Below are positions 11,469-25,662 of a stretch of DNA of 64,000 nucleotides, one piece after another. A program made the translations under genes and the position numbers. Under the pieces are notes generated by a model that was not told where the DNA came from, ran no database searches, and worked only from the letters and a program-made list of their open reading frames with translations. Each line of letters opens with the position of its first letter. Positions within the stretch are counted from its first letter, which is position 1. This stretch comes from Macrostomum lignano (taxonomy: Eukaryota). The stretch is taken from assembly GCA_002269645.1 (NCBI GenBank), contig NIVC01000023.1, forward strand, positions 1,240,001-1,304,000. The letters are read 5' to 3'.

Positions 11469-14400
11469 TTTGTTGTGGCAGTCTTACCAAAGTATTCGAT
11501 ATTTAATATATATTATTTGATGTCTGAAGCAGTATTTTAGGCATGAATTAGTATAGTCACAGTCATCAGTATTTAGCATGTTTGCTCCTAATAGCTACTC
11601 AACTCATTTTACCTATTAGCAAGAGAATTCATTAATTAATCAAAGGTAAGGCGAGTGCGCCTCCTTTTTATAAACAAGCAGCTAGCGTTTACTAGGGAAA
11701 ATGGGATGATTATAAAAACACAGAAGACAGTGTGAGCTGAGCGAAGATAGGTATAGAGAATTGAAAAAAAGGATAAGAGACGGGAAAGCAATAAAGTCGC
11801 AAGAGGATATGCCAAGCTGCTAGGCAGTTCTTCCCACAGTTGGAAAGAAGAGCTGTCAGACTTAATCAACTTATACAGTAGTCACAGTAAAATAGGGAGA
11901 CAGGAAAGGATGGGAAGCGAGAGAGAGTCGACGTAACCAAACCAGCCACTTTCTGCTTGGCAACTAAAAGCCGGGCCCTCCAGGTCCAAACTGACCGATG
12001 CGTCATCGCTCAGTAGCTAAGCTCAGCATGCTCCAATGACTATGATGAGGCGCTACTGGATTCTGGGTTACCTAAGTGTCTATGAAGGCGCTACTAAATA
12101 ATATATGCATAATAATCAGGCGTGTATAATTCTATACATCAACTTTCTTTTAAAGACGATCACGCACGGTCCAACAATCAAGGATGGACGAATAAATGCA
12201 TTTTCTCTGTTTAGGTCCTTTTCCTTTAGTTAGACTTCTATGTGTAGCATCAAAGCTTCGATGAAAGACTTCCGAAAATCGATTCTAACTAGCTTATTTT
12301 TCTAACAACAATCAGCAAGATCTGGGTCTAAATTCAGAAGGCCAAAATGAAAGTTGATGTGTTATAACACGCGCTATGACACAAAAACGCAAAGGAAAAT
12401 GCCGAACTGCTCCGCTTGCTGCACATCGACATACGTGCAAAAATGGGTGAGAGGAAGACAGAGAGGGGAAAGGAACGCGACGGAGATGGGATAGCTAGTC
12501 AATTTCGTCCATTCCAAATTCTCCAACCAAGCATAAAATATAGCTAGCTACGCAAAGCCGCCGTAGTCCATAGGGACCGACGCCCCATCGCATTAACCTT
12601 CCGAGCGCAATTCCCCGCGTTCATCACGGGGCCAGCTACTATAGGCACTCTCTGACAAGGGTGTGCAGCACAGCTGCCAGCAGATCGAGATGAGAAGCCT
12701 TTACCGAGGCTTTCTCTCCATTCATCCCTCCCTGCCTCCCACTTTTATCTGAACCCATAGAAGCCAAATTCGACTCCCGAGCCTTCTGGAGCATTCATCA
12801 GCATAATGGGGTGAGGTAGAGGCTGCTGGCTGGTGAATGCGGGACCTCAGCGCCACGCAGGCTATGTCGTTAAACGACCGGAGTCGCCCCAGCTGCACAA
12901 GGTTCATCATTAAAAAACCCCTCGACCCCGACCAGAGTCGCGGGAAATTAAAGTAGCCAAAAGGGGTCAGCGGCAAGAGGCGGCAGCTCGAGTGGAGAGG
13001 CCAGGCGAACAGGCTGGCTGACAATTCCGCAGAGTATTTGGGAATTTCGCAGAACTGGGTTGAGAGAGGGGGAGAACAGAATCCTAGATGGCAATTCTGG
13101 CTAAATAAAATTTCTCTGGTCCCTAGTCAGTCAAATTTCTGGGCTCTACTCAGTTTGGAGAACTGACCTCTCATAATATAATAAAGACTGTTGCTTAACA
13201 GAATGTCCATTTACGAATATTTGCCTTTTTTCAGCGACAGTCCACGCTGCATTTCCCGAGTGAGCAAGTTCCTCTTATTCATTGCGTATTGGATTTGACA
13301 TTGACCAATTATCTACTTCGATAGGATACATCCAGTCAGAACAGTATTTTAGCTTAGTATCGAATAATCATAACTGATTATTATAATCTTATTTATATGC
13401 TTCGATTTAAATGCAAGTCTATAGCATCATGATTGAAGACAAGGTCGAAATATTTCTAAGAAATATTCTTTCGTGAAAACATTGCCAGTGTTTTGCATCA
13501 AATTAGAGTCCACGGATTCAGCACTCCAGACGACCACAAGTACTAATCTATTTTAAGATCCTTCAACTTAAGATCCCACTCTCAATCCTGTCTAATTCAC
13601 GCACGCAGACAATCTTGCTTTCTCTCGCCTGAGAGGCATTAACATTTTAGCAAGTTAGTCAACGCAGCGACGTCTTCATTCCAAAGATTGAAACCAAGAA
13701 GCTTTATTATCGTTCTGCACTACCCCGATCGGAGCACTGAAGGCAGATTACTTGTGCTGAAATGAAGCACCGACGTTGGTTGGCCAGAACTGCACTAGCA
13801 AATAGGAGACAAACAAGGCGTCATTGCATCCGACTCCAGCCAACTGAGAGCGGAGAAAACTGATGAGACTAAGTAATCAAGCATTCGTCTCCGGACGGAG
13901 CACAATTGGACTAAAAAGAACTCTCGGAATTCTAAATTAGAGCGACTAAGTTGAGAACCTTCTAACGCCGGACACCATTTTGTCCAACACAAGGAGCAGA
14001 TTTCAATTTAGTCCCGTTTCTCTTATTTTTGTAGATCGGCCCCACTAAGAGTCACGCAACGTACTCACAACGTAAGAGAGGCATTCTCTTAGCCGCCTTA
14101 ACTGTTAACCCTGCCCCCTCTCTCTCTCCAAAAAATAATCCCCAGCAGGCTCAAAACGTGCACGAGCTTCATTTTTATAAAGGTACGCGTCAGCTTGACA
14201 AAAGGAGAGAGGAAACAGAGCGAAAGCAACAGCAGCACTGGCAAGCATTATCTGTCTACAGGCAGTGTGCGCAGACTAACATACAGCGCAAAGCTCAGAG
14301 AGAAAATAGTGCATAGGCTCCTTAACTGCGCGCTGACAAAATAGCTATACAGCCGTCCTCGGGGGTTATAGTGCGTCCGGGTTAAAGCAAATCGATAACT

Positions 14401-17400
14401 CGCGTTTCCCAATCGGATTTTCATACTCAAGCTGCTAGCCTCCAAAGCCAACCTACACCTCTCTCTCTCTAGCTTTAAGCTTGAAAATCTCCAGAACGCA
14501 CCCATTTCCGCGTGCGCACACCACTGAGCGATAAAAAATAGCACTGAAAACTTAGGGACTGGTCAGTTAGAGCAAGGCTAAACGACTAGCCCAGCTACCC
14601 AGAATTGACCAAGCTGCTGTTAGACTGCACCGCCGCAAGCTGCTGAGAGCCGATGAAGCTTAAGTAAGCATTGTAAAATACGGACAAATAAAAACAACAA
14701 TTTATATCGGAGTGTCGCGTCATGAGAGCGGCAAACCTGTTTCTATTTCTTGGAACCCTCGGATTCATCAATATATGTGAGTAAAATTTGTTTTATTGAT
14801 AGCTTTGAATGAGTAATTTTTTCTTGAATTCTAGTCAACCTCTGTACATTAGCTAGCATTTCTCAAATCACAACTCTCTGTGGGACGTTCTACTTTCACA
14901 GAACCTCGTCCTCGTTGGCTCAACCAGAAGCCGCGAGGGGGTCGAATCCAGTCAAGACTCAGAGGGAGCCGAGCTTGACAAAGACTACACCACTAACCAG
15001 CAAACATCAGTGCCTCGTGATCCAAGGTTACGATTAGCTATCACTACACAGCTGCAAATATGCCCGCTTCCTCCTAACCGTTGCTGTTTGTAAACACCGT
15101 TATCACTCGGGCAAAATCGTCCCAACCCAGGCATGCCAAGCAGTAATAGAAGATAACCAAAACTTGGTTAGAAAATGGGTTCCCAAGCTTATAGGAAGCA
15201 CTTGCCGAGAGTAAAACAGTATAGCAAAACAAACGAATAAGTAAAGGCTCCAACAAGAACCTACTAACTGAAAAACTATGATGGAAATCCGATACCCGAA
15301 ACTGGGCAGGAATTAGCCAAGTGAGCTATACACTTACGCACTAGAAATGGGCCTACAGGCCTACAACGTAGATGCTGCAAATACTTCGTTTAAAAAGTAT
15401 AGAAGGGCGATGGTGGCATTGGAAATAAATACACTCACTAACAGCATATTCAACACCTTTATAAATACGACAATACATTATAATCTGACAAAACAAAACT
15501 AAGGAAAATCTACTACATACTAAGCATTTATAAATAAAACATAGTCGCAGAGATTAAGAAGCCGGTAGGTAGGAGACGAGATAAACGGTAAAGACTCTTC
15601 GTGGTAAGGAGCGCACGATTATATAAAAAGGAGGCGAAATCGCCCTCCGGGCAAAAAGCAACCCGCGGGGCGCGGCTAGGGGGAAAGAAAGTGAGTAGAG
15701 TAGGTAGCCTAGGGCAAGAGTAACTGGAGAAGGAAAAGAAATTGGGTGACGACGTGCCAGCATACGGGAAGGGCTAATTTAGCTTCTTGGTTTCCCTCAG
15801 CGCCACCCCTTATCTTACTGATCTAACCCAATGACTTTGCAACGGCAGAAGACAGACAGACACGACTTATAAGGATTGCCTAAAAGAGAAGAGAAAAAAG
15901 ATTGAGTAAGGGAAGAGAAGAAATCAAGCGCAGAAAATTCGCAGTACAATTGCTATGCCTAAAATTCCACTTATTCCCTTTCCATTCGTGTCTATACTCC
16001 TTACCTATGCTTTTTGCTTCTTTTTGAATCCCGCAAATTAAAATGGTTCCACGGCGCAGACTTGTCGACAGGGGCGGCAGGGGATGATTAAAGGAGAGGA
16101 TAGAGAGCCGAATCTATAGGGATTGGAAACCGGCGAGGCTAATCAAGGGAGACCTTCTGCTCGGAAAAAAACGAGTAGCTACTAACGAAGTCCCAGTGCG
16201 AGCAAGCTAGGCGCCCTGCTACCCCGGCACAGTATTGCATAGCTTCTAACGCATTTTCGTGTTCCGCTCAGCTCCATGCTATGCTTCCCTAATCGCTCGG
16301 CTTCGTCACTCGAACTCCATTCCATGTTAATGACGCACAGAACCCAGTCCGGCCCCCTCGCCACTCTGCCATTGCATCCTCAATTCCACTTCATTCCACC
16401 AGACTTGGGGGCAGCGCAAGGCCCATAATAATAAGAAGCAGCTGGCAACTCAATCTATACTAATCAGCCTATCCTGGTAGTTGAATTTATCGGCCACCGG
16501 GTTGGCAATATGTCTCTCATGACTAGGCATGCAGCGCCATGGTGTGCTCCAGGGATGGACGACAGTTCGAACATTAGAAGATGCAAAACCAGTCTGCAGA
16601 ATTGATTTCGACAATTATTTCAAATCGTTTCTGCTGTCTAAATTGGTTCCAATTTACTTCGTGTTGACCACAATTTGCCCAGTTTTTCTAACTTATAGAT
16701 CAGGTTTTTTAAAAATCAATCTAGTCTGCTTAGAGCACGCTTTCAATAATCTAGCGTCATAAAAGCTGAAGTTGGGTAGTGGAAAGGGTTTCTAAAAAAG
16801 CTGATTCGCTTAATATTATAAAGCTTTGAGCAGAAATGGAAAGACCTTTAGTAGCTCATTTCCTTTACTCTGTAGAATTCCACTCAATATATTGACCAAA
16901 TACAGAATATATAAATAAATGCTATAATAAATGCAATCGGACAGTGCACTGATGCATGAATGATGAAGACTAAGCTTCACAAGCAACGAGACTTAGAGTT
17001 ACTGACTGACTTGCACGAATGCTTTATGCTTGACGGCAAAAAGTACGTGTGAATTTGGTTATTGATAAACAAATACCTTCCAATCAAGTTTAGACGCTCT
17101 TGATCAAACAAGCGAAATTTCATTTGCCTTTGTTTATATTTTTCGAAGAAATTGATAAATGTTAAGGTCACTACTCTTGAGCTTCGCAGCGCAATTCGTC
17201 TGTTTTTTTTTAACGCAACTATGCAGAACTTGGGGTAGATTTATCGATTTCATGGTGTAACGTATGAAATTGCTGACAACTTAATTTCATGAAGACTTAA
17301 GGACCCTTTTGTGGATACCATTCAGCTTCATCTCGTCAATCATCATTGTAACAGAGTAGCTTAGACAAGCACTGGAACTGGTCGTGCAACTCATCACCTA

Positions 17401-17516
17401 TGTGGGACAAATCCCAATGGCAAAGAGAGCAATTAAAAATTCAAGGCATTACTGACTCCTTGCCACTATAACTAATCAAATCTCAATCCTCATTTTTTTC
17501 TCTGAACTCATTCCCA

Positions 17517-18077
17517 TTGACAGACGAGGAAATAACAAGCGACGACGAAAGCAATGGCAAGCTCGGCCACTCAGATGTAAAACGTTTGCAACGCAAGTTC
17601 GGCGTCAAAGAGAAGAGATCGGCAACTCTGCCGCACGCCGATAAACAAGCGGCGGCAGTCGCAGCAGCAGCAATAGCTGCTCAAAGCCAAAACGTGAATT
17701 TTGCAGAGTACGACGAGGTCCGAGTTGTTGAGCACTTGAAACGACCAGTTTACCGAGTACTAGCAGACTGCAATAGTGCCGATGGCACAGCTTGCAACTG
17801 CCTACGGCTTTTATGCTTTGGCCAGGCGCAGTGCACAGCTCCGGCCACAGAGGTAGAAGGCGATACAAGCCAAATGCCACCATTAAAGCCGTCAGATCCG
17901 CGCTACATCTACTACGCAACAGGTGCAAGGCTACGAGCGAAACGGAGAAGTGCATCATTCGCGTTAGAGCCTTCGGCTTCGTCATCAGATCGGGACCGAC
18001 TGTTGCGATGCCGTCAAGCAACTATAGACCCATTCGTGCTATGCGAGTGCAAGCTTTATGCGCGAAATCCGGCATAA
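17517..18077 (+). pseudogene. Unidentified Cys-containing ORF (186 aa from TTG), probably a TE remnant
   Basis: Non-repetitive open frame. YRV...CNC...C is loosely SWIM-like. Upstream 16.5-17.5 kb is full of stops; no clear splice structure. Confidence 0.2.
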
Positions 18078-18163
18078 ACGTAGAATAAAAACCCAAAGTG
18101 GAGCATTTTTTCTTAAATATTATTTGATCAATTTATGCTGTGTGTCCATTCTATGAAAGCACT

Positions 18164-18445
18164 GGGCAGAGCAGCTGAGTGGTAAACGCGTGTGACTCTT
18201 GCGCTACAACCCATGGTTCGATTCCGTGAGTGACCACATTCATTTGGAGCTTGTGTGTGCGAAAATTGGCGATTCACCGCCATCGGACCCAACACCCCCC
18301 AAGGCACAGAGTGTACATGCGTGTGTATGAGTGCATGTCTGAGCAGAGTATTGGCGCGCTTGTATGTGCTCAGAAGTCAGCGGAATGAAAAAAAACTGCC
18401 TCTTAGCTCTGGTCGCAGGACACGCCGAACAGAACCTGGCGTTTG
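18164..18445 (+). mobile_element. tRNA-derived SINE, family-1-related subfamily
   Basis: A box agctgagtggt and B box ggttcgattcc; the body (ccccccaaggcacagagtgtaca...gcgcgcttgtatg) matches the reverse complement of family 1. Confidence 0.7.
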
Positions 18446-18722
18446 TATGTGCATATCTTTCCTGCAACTATGTATTATTTTTATTATCCAATGGAAGCAT
18501 ACTATCAATTTCTTTCAAATCAGTCCTCTCTGTTGGAAAGAGCTCAGGCCTAGGCCATTGATACGCTATCATGAACTGGACAGATTTGACCCACATTAGT
18601 ACTCGTATACCGTACTTTTTATGACAAAATTAATTTCGCATGTCTTGTCCATGAATTTTGCTTGCAATACATTAGACTCTCTATGACCAAACCCAGATGT
18701 TTTATCCAGACAGGATGATATA

Positions 18723-19340
18723 TACTCAGCAACAGCTGAACCCCCCCCCAACTCACGCTGTCACACGGCCCAAAAGTTTTGTGCCGACTCAGAAGGTGTT
18801 TCACTGCACGCCTGGGCTGGCATCGCACTGAATGGCAAAACAGAGCTTGTCATTCTGGAGCAGAATGTAACTGGGCAGACCTATGCAGAGCTGCTACAGC
18901 AGCAGTTTCTGCCATTTGCTACGACAACCTTTGGCGTCCCGCAGAACTGCATGCATTCTTCAAGACGACAACGCTGCGCCACATCGAGCAGCACACGTGC
19001 AGCTGCTGAAGGAGCAGCTCGGCATTCGCACATTGAACTGGCCGTCAAAGTCTCCAGACATGAACCCCATCGAGCATGTCTGGGACTTTGTAAAGCGAAG
19101 AGTTCAGCAGGATGCCCCACAGAATGCTGAACAGTTGCGACTGGCGGTGCTGAATGCCTGGCAGCAGCTGCCCCAAGAGTTCATCAACCGGCTGGTGATC
19201 AGGATGCCACGACGAGTCACGGCACTTTTGCATGCTCGTGGTTCCTACACACGATACTGAGACTAGAATTAAAGACATTGCTTAACTTTTGTACCCGTGT
19301 GACAGCGTGAGTTGGGGGGGGGTTTAGCTGTTGCTGAGTA
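18723..19340 (+). mobile_element. Tc1/mariner internal-deletion derivative (about 620 bp)
   Basis: About 46-bp near-perfect TIRs (tactcagcaacagctgaacccccccccaactcacgctgtcacacgg) flanked by TA. Retains the C-terminal transposase: HAWAGI...LQDDNAAPHRA...WPSKSPDMNPIEHVW (Tc1-type second D and E). A 4-nt tgca duplication near 18950 shifts the frame. Confidence 0.92.
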
Positions 19341-22300
19341 TAGAGTTGAGCAAAAGGCTTTGCAAAAAGGGTTTAAGTGAAAAAAATATACTCAAACATT
19401 AAAAAGTCACCATTTTGAGAGAGCGCGGTAATTATAGCTCAGTATTGACTTTTGAGTGACGCAACTTGCGCCACGCGACGCAGAGTTGGGCTGGGTGAGG
19501 AGGGATTGAGAAGAGCGGAGGGCGAATATTGGATGGATTGAAGCTTCCGCCCAGGTTTTCATTGTTTTTCAAGCATTTTAAAAATATCAAAATAGTTGGC
19601 CAGGTGATAAGACGCTGGTCGAAAGACACTGCTCACTGGGGCAAAGGGTAGCGACTTTTCAATGTTGCTGAGTATTTATATATCTAAACATCCGATGACA
19701 TTAAACATCATTTAAAATATAGCTCGTAAAATCAATATATAAGCACGCTACCTACTGAACAGTATTGACTAAATTGAACAATACTCTCGTCACAAACTGC
19801 TAAAATGTTATTAATTACTATCCAAAATGAAGTTAAAGATGATATTAAGCACTCCTATTTGCAATTCTCCCGACCAAAATGTGCTATTTTCATGCTTAAT
19901 TGTGTTAAAGAGCAAATATAACGCACGAATATATTACTATCAGTCAATTCGAACTGAACAGCATAAATGATGATGAAACACATTAAACCTTATCGTTTGT
20001 TAATCCGTATTGATTGTAGGCAAACACAGTTCAAATTGGCACAGTTAATAAGCCGATTGACTGTGTGGTTTACCCACTGAGCTGACAGATAAAGTTAACA
20101 AAAACTAATTGGCTACCCCGTGCGTGATTAGCTGTAACTGCAGAGGTGAAAAGCTAGTACTTTGCACTAACCTGCTAATAGTAGAATTAGGGGTACTAGC
20201 ATACATTATATCGCCTAATTAGCGCTGCCTGATCTGCACATACTGGCGAGAGATGCATAGGTTTTTTAACACGGATTGCGTCGTGATCCACTACACAGAC
20301 TGTCAGAAAACAACAGGTAGTGGCTGAGAACTATACAAAACAAGGTACAAGGAATGTAACTCATATATTAGAAAGGTATATATAACAAGTTTTTTTAAAG
20401 TGCACTCATCAAGCTAAAATCGCTAATGAACGTCTAGTTTCAATCAATATAAAATTATAGGGACAGTACTTAGCAACAGACCATTGCATGATAATTAGAT
20501 ACCTAATTAAACACTGCGCTGGAGGATTGTTTTCTAAATCATGCAAAAGACTCAATAGCCGAATGAAGCTAATTAATCCTTCAATTAAAAGCAAAGTATT
20601 GATCTTGATTAGCAAGAGTAACTAATGCAAGCAACAGCAGAGAAGAAGCGTCTTAATCCACTTACCATATCTAAACATACATGCGCTAAACCCTGATTTA
20701 CACTGGCCGTGCGACTTAGTTGTTTACCAAAAATGCGACTTACCTATGAAAGAAACTTAGCAAAGATGAACGTAATTTTGGGTAAACGGCAAGAGTAACG
20801 TAACTGATTAGTACTACGTCTATTTTGGGCATTTGAGCATTTTTGTGACTTACCTTGGCTGGGCCCCTACGCTTGGTTTACCTCTGAGCTGCGCTGTCCC
20901 CAAACAGACAAGATAGCAATGACACTAACAAGCACGAGACGAGCCTAAAGAATGGACTGCACAATAGATATGAAAGGGCAAAATAGTAAGCAAAGAAAGC
21001 ATATAAGAAAAAATGGAACAAAAGAAATTGATTTCCATTGTAAGCAGCTTAATAAGTATTCCACCATAAGTAAGTATGTATGCAACCATAGAATAAAAGT
21101 GCAGAATGTTAATTAATGTAATTCAGAATGAAACAAATCTTGAGACTTACATCAAAATGTCAATAATGTAAACGATTTTTTAGAACTTTTTCAACTTCTT
21201 CACTTGAGTTCACTTACCAACACATACAACTATGGTTACTGATTATGATATATTGCAAGAAAGGAATCAATGCTTTGCTAATGCCACATATGCTTGATTG
21301 TACAAAAATTAGAGAATTAGGGCAATGATAAGAGTGAGTCTGCAGATGATTCAAAGTGAAAACAACATATAGGATATTCTAAAAAGTAATTTTGTTCTGG
21401 GTAAATCAATTTTAGAATTCAAAAAACTCAAGACAATTAAAATAATGCATATAAAAAGGAAACAGACATTTCAAAAGAGCTCTTATATAAAAAGATTAGA
21501 TTTGCAAAACATTTAAGGTAAAAAATCCTAAATTTGTTACTATAAGTAGTGATTTGTGTTTTAATACCCTTTACATAAAGTGAAAAAGTCCAAGTACCAA
21601 GTCATTTTTCACTATAAATTGATGGCCTTAAGCCAGTGTTGCCACTTGGTATTGACTATAAAGTTTCCTCCACAAGAAAAAATTTCTTCCAAAAATTCTT
21701 GCTTTGAAAATTGATATTTTGGTGCTTTTTTATTAGCTAAGCAGTCTATTTGGCAGTCTTTGCCTGACTGTTTCTAGATTTTTCCTAAAAAGTTTCCTAA
21801 AATTCATTTGAGAAAAAAAGTTGAGTTTTTTGCCAGGCACTTGCACCTACTTGCACTTAAAGGCCATTTTTGGAATTTTGGTAGGGCTATATATTATATT
21901 TATAATGTTTAAATGATAGATACCCAAAATGCAAATGAATACAGTTAAGGTTTTTGAACTTCAGAATATTTTAGTGCAGCCTAAGAAAGAGATAAGTACA
22001 TACAATTACAATATTGACTGAATAGAATAGCAAATAGCAAATAGCAAATAGCAAATAGCATAGAATAGGGGCTTATTAGTGTATAAGCCCCTTCCACAGA
22101 GGTATTATACCCATTTTCATATATATGTATTTGCTAAAGCAGCAGCCAGTAAGAAAGGGCAGCGCGTGCGCAGGTGCTGCGCCTGTACGCGCACTGCACT
22201 TTAGAAAAATTCCAAAAGTTTGCCGGACACTGTCCGCGGTTTTACAACTTTTTCCTATAGGGATTATCACACTTTTAAAAGGTATAACTTTTTAAAAAAC

Positions 22301-22449
22301 TTGTAATAATTCACATTGTAAATAAACAATATTGCAATAACACAATTGTTGTAGCAATAATTTAGATCATATTTTATTGTACATTTAAAACTAAAAGTTT
22401 TCATTGAAAAAAGAAAATAAAGATACATATATGGCTACATCTTTAAATT

Positions 22450-22580
22450 ACATAATCACCATTTTGGCCAAAATGCCTATAGCTAAACTGGTTTATGGGC
22501 AAAATGGACTATAGGCAAAATGGTCTAGGGGCAAAATATCTATGGCTAAAACAGTTTGGGGGCAAAACAAATCGAATTCA
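22450..22580 (-). mobile_element. Isolated terminal-repeat end of the MITE family seen at 27229-28184
   Basis: Reverse-complement match to 27229-27345 (ttcgcccccaaactgttt...ttcgcccataaaccagttt). Confidence 0.55.
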
Positions 22581-23758
22581 GCTAGATGCATAAAAGGGGT
22601 TTTGAAAATGACTAACTTTTGGTTGCAATAATTTTGCTCCATATGAAGCAATTGACTTCCAACTTGACAATTCTACTTATTACTCTTTATTTGAATACAG
22701 TCTTAACTCTGTAACTCAATTAGAATAGAAATTGTATGCATGTGAAGTTTGTCTGGTTTTTCTAGTATTGGCTATTCATTTATTTCCTTTCCTCTCAGAC
22801 TAGGTTCAAGCAAAATGGCTCAATATATATAGCAATTCAGTGTTTTAGAATAACTATTGACAGCTTTCTTTGCACCCTTATGAAGAGGCTATGGGTATCC
22901 ATACGAGCTAGTAGCATGCTTGGGCATAACCTAGGGATTTACCCTGCTGTTTCTATTGGTAATGCACACATGTAAATCACTATTGGACAGAATAGTAGTC
23001 ATGTGACTGCTCTCAGCCAATAGCGACTTACATGTGTATGTTGCCAATAGAAACAGCCGAGTGATTCCCAAGGTTGTACATGTATGCATAACAGCTTGTA
23101 GAGAAATTCTAAGTTCACTCTCCTATATCTAATTGAGAATATTGTTTTGCAAACTGGCTTTCTAAGCACTTGAGCTAATGTTAAAGGTTTAGCACCAAAA
23201 CAACAAAATACAGTTGTTTTATAAATTAGTAAAACTCATATTGCTTTAAAAGTATATATTCTCACCCATAGTCTAGATCATGATGGGTATATGCCCAAAC
23301 AAAAACTGAATAACTACAAATACATGCCAAAAAATTGAGTACATGCCTATTCTCAAAACTCTGCCGGTTGCAATAATAAATGACCTTTTTACATTGTGAT
23401 AATACATGACTTTGATGAATTGTATAATGGACCCTTTTTGTGAAATGTTATTTTTTTGCTTTTCCAATGATACTATTTATAGTAAAAAATTATACATGTA
23501 ATAATTTGTTTAAATGCTTTTTTACAAGCTTAAAAACCCAGAAAGCTTGATATTTACATTAAAAATGAACTTTTTTATCTTTTTTACTTCACAAACAATA
23601 ATACTTTTACGTGATTGATTCTATAAAGTAAAGTGCATACCAGGTGTGTATGGACATTATTTTCTTAGGAATGATACATACCAACTATGCATACCTACTT
23701 TTGACATGCAAGGCCAATGTATGCCTGAATTTTTGGGCATATACTACATGATCTAGAG

Positions 23759-25339
23759 GGGAGTACAAGATTTGCTAGCAGAAAATCTGCTAGCCAAAGT
23801 TTGCTAGCGAGAAATTTGCTTGCCAAAATCTGCTAGCCAAAGTTTGCTAGCCAAAATGTGCTAGCCGAAATCTGCTAGCCAAAGTTTGATAGCCAAAATG
23901 TGCTAGCCAAAATCTGCTAGCCAAAATCTGCTAGCTGAAATCTGCTAGCCAAAGTTTGCTAGCCGAAATCTGCTAGCCAAAATCTGCTAGCCGAAATCTG
24001 CTAACTGAAGTTAGCTAGCAGGAATTTTGCTAGCAAGGATTTTGCTAGCCGAAATCTGCTAGCAGTAATTTTGCTAGCAAGGATTTTGCTAGCTGCCTTG
24101 CTCTCGTAGCTGTTGCATGTTATTTGCTGTGTTTTGATTCCGATTTGAGCTGCTTTGATTCGTACGAGTAAATATATAACTTATATACTATATACTGCCA
24201 CTACCAACTATTAAGACTGAAAGTTGTGTGTATAGATAAGTTTAAATTTAACTACCTGAACTACAGCTGCCTGAGCTACCTGAACTATAGCCTTATAGCT
24301 GATAATGCTAAAACATTATCAAATGTCTACGAGTAAAGTAAGACAAAAAATTATAAATGATTTTGACAATTTCCAAGTGCAGTTTTAGCATATACAGTAC
24401 TTTAGTATATAGTAACACACATTTTGGTGTATAGTATCTATAGCTAGATACATGTATGTCCAAGGTACAATTTACTATCGCTATATGTATTGTTAATGTA
24501 TAGATATTTTCCATCGCTTATGGCACTGTGTACAAGCAAACACTCTTTGCAGGTGTGGCCCACAAGCTCTTACCCTGTGATCATGGATGTAATATATTTA
24601 CTTTATTTAATAGCTTATATATGAACTTTTCAATCCACCTACATTAAAACCTAAATCTTATTTTCTTTTTGTCTATGACGTCATCTACTGATTGCGTTTT
24701 AACACGTACATGTACAAGAACCCATGGCGAAGGCTAGGTGGCAGATTAGGTCGTCCAGATTAAGTCCTCCACACAACAGATTGCCTTCTCAATTTACTCT
24801 GACTACCGAGAGCAGGGAAACAAAACAACAGAGCCAACGAACTTGAAGAATAGAATTAACAAGCACGTTTTGTATATAAATTACATTCAGATTCTTGTCA
24901 TACAAGTGCTAGCTACAAAGAAATTTCTGATTGTAATTTTTAATTGCATTATATTATGATACAACAATGCAGGCTGCAATTATTATTACATATTGCAATT
25001 TGCAGATCACTGCTAATAAGCACGACAAAGAGAGTCATTAGAGCGAAAAATGCAAATTTATTTGTCTTGCATGATAAGTCCTGCAAAGTTTCTTGCGAAA
25101 TTGGACAAGAAAAAATGTCTTTAGCAGATTTCGGCAAGCAAATTTCTTGCTAGCAAACTTTGGCTAGCAGATTTCCTGCTAGCAAATTTCATAGACCCTT
25201 ATCGCTAGCAGGTTTTGGCTAGCAAAATCTTTGCTAGCAAAATTCCTGCTAGCAAACTTCGGCTAGCAGATTTTGGCAAGCAAATTTCTCGCTAGCAAAC
25301 TTTGGCTAGCAGATTTCCTGCTAGCAAATTTCATAGACC
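23759..25339. mobile_element. Foldback/MULE-like non-autonomous element with modular TIR arrays
   Basis: Inverted arrays of ~15-bp gctagc subrepeats at 23770-24095 and 25120-25335. Flanking direct repeat (t)gatctagag at 23749-23758 and 25340-25349 (9-10-bp TSD). Confidence 0.8.
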
Positions 25340-25662
25340 TGATCTAGAGTGTAGATTCTCACTTATAGTCAACACTTAAAACAAATATCATCTAAATGAA
25401 ATAATGAACTATAATGCAAGCAAAGTTGGTTTAATTTAAAAAAATAAAGAAATATGTTATTAATAAAAAATGTTGATAGGATGTTAACCTCTGTTAGTTT
25501 TTGTTATTGCCTTTAGCTAACTTACTTTAGGTAATTGTTTACTATTACACTCTAATTTAAACGAAATTTCTTCTATATGACTTGAAAAGTAGTTGTTTGC
25601 CTCCTACAATGACTATAAAAAAGCTTCACTTTTTATATGGTTCCATTAAGCAAGGACCCTAG

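Noticed and set aside
18164-18240. tRNA genes at SINE heads (also about 27880-27950, 37715-37790 and 6040-6110)
   Set aside because: A/B boxes are present, but the cloverleaf is incomplete and each head continues into a SINE body and tail.
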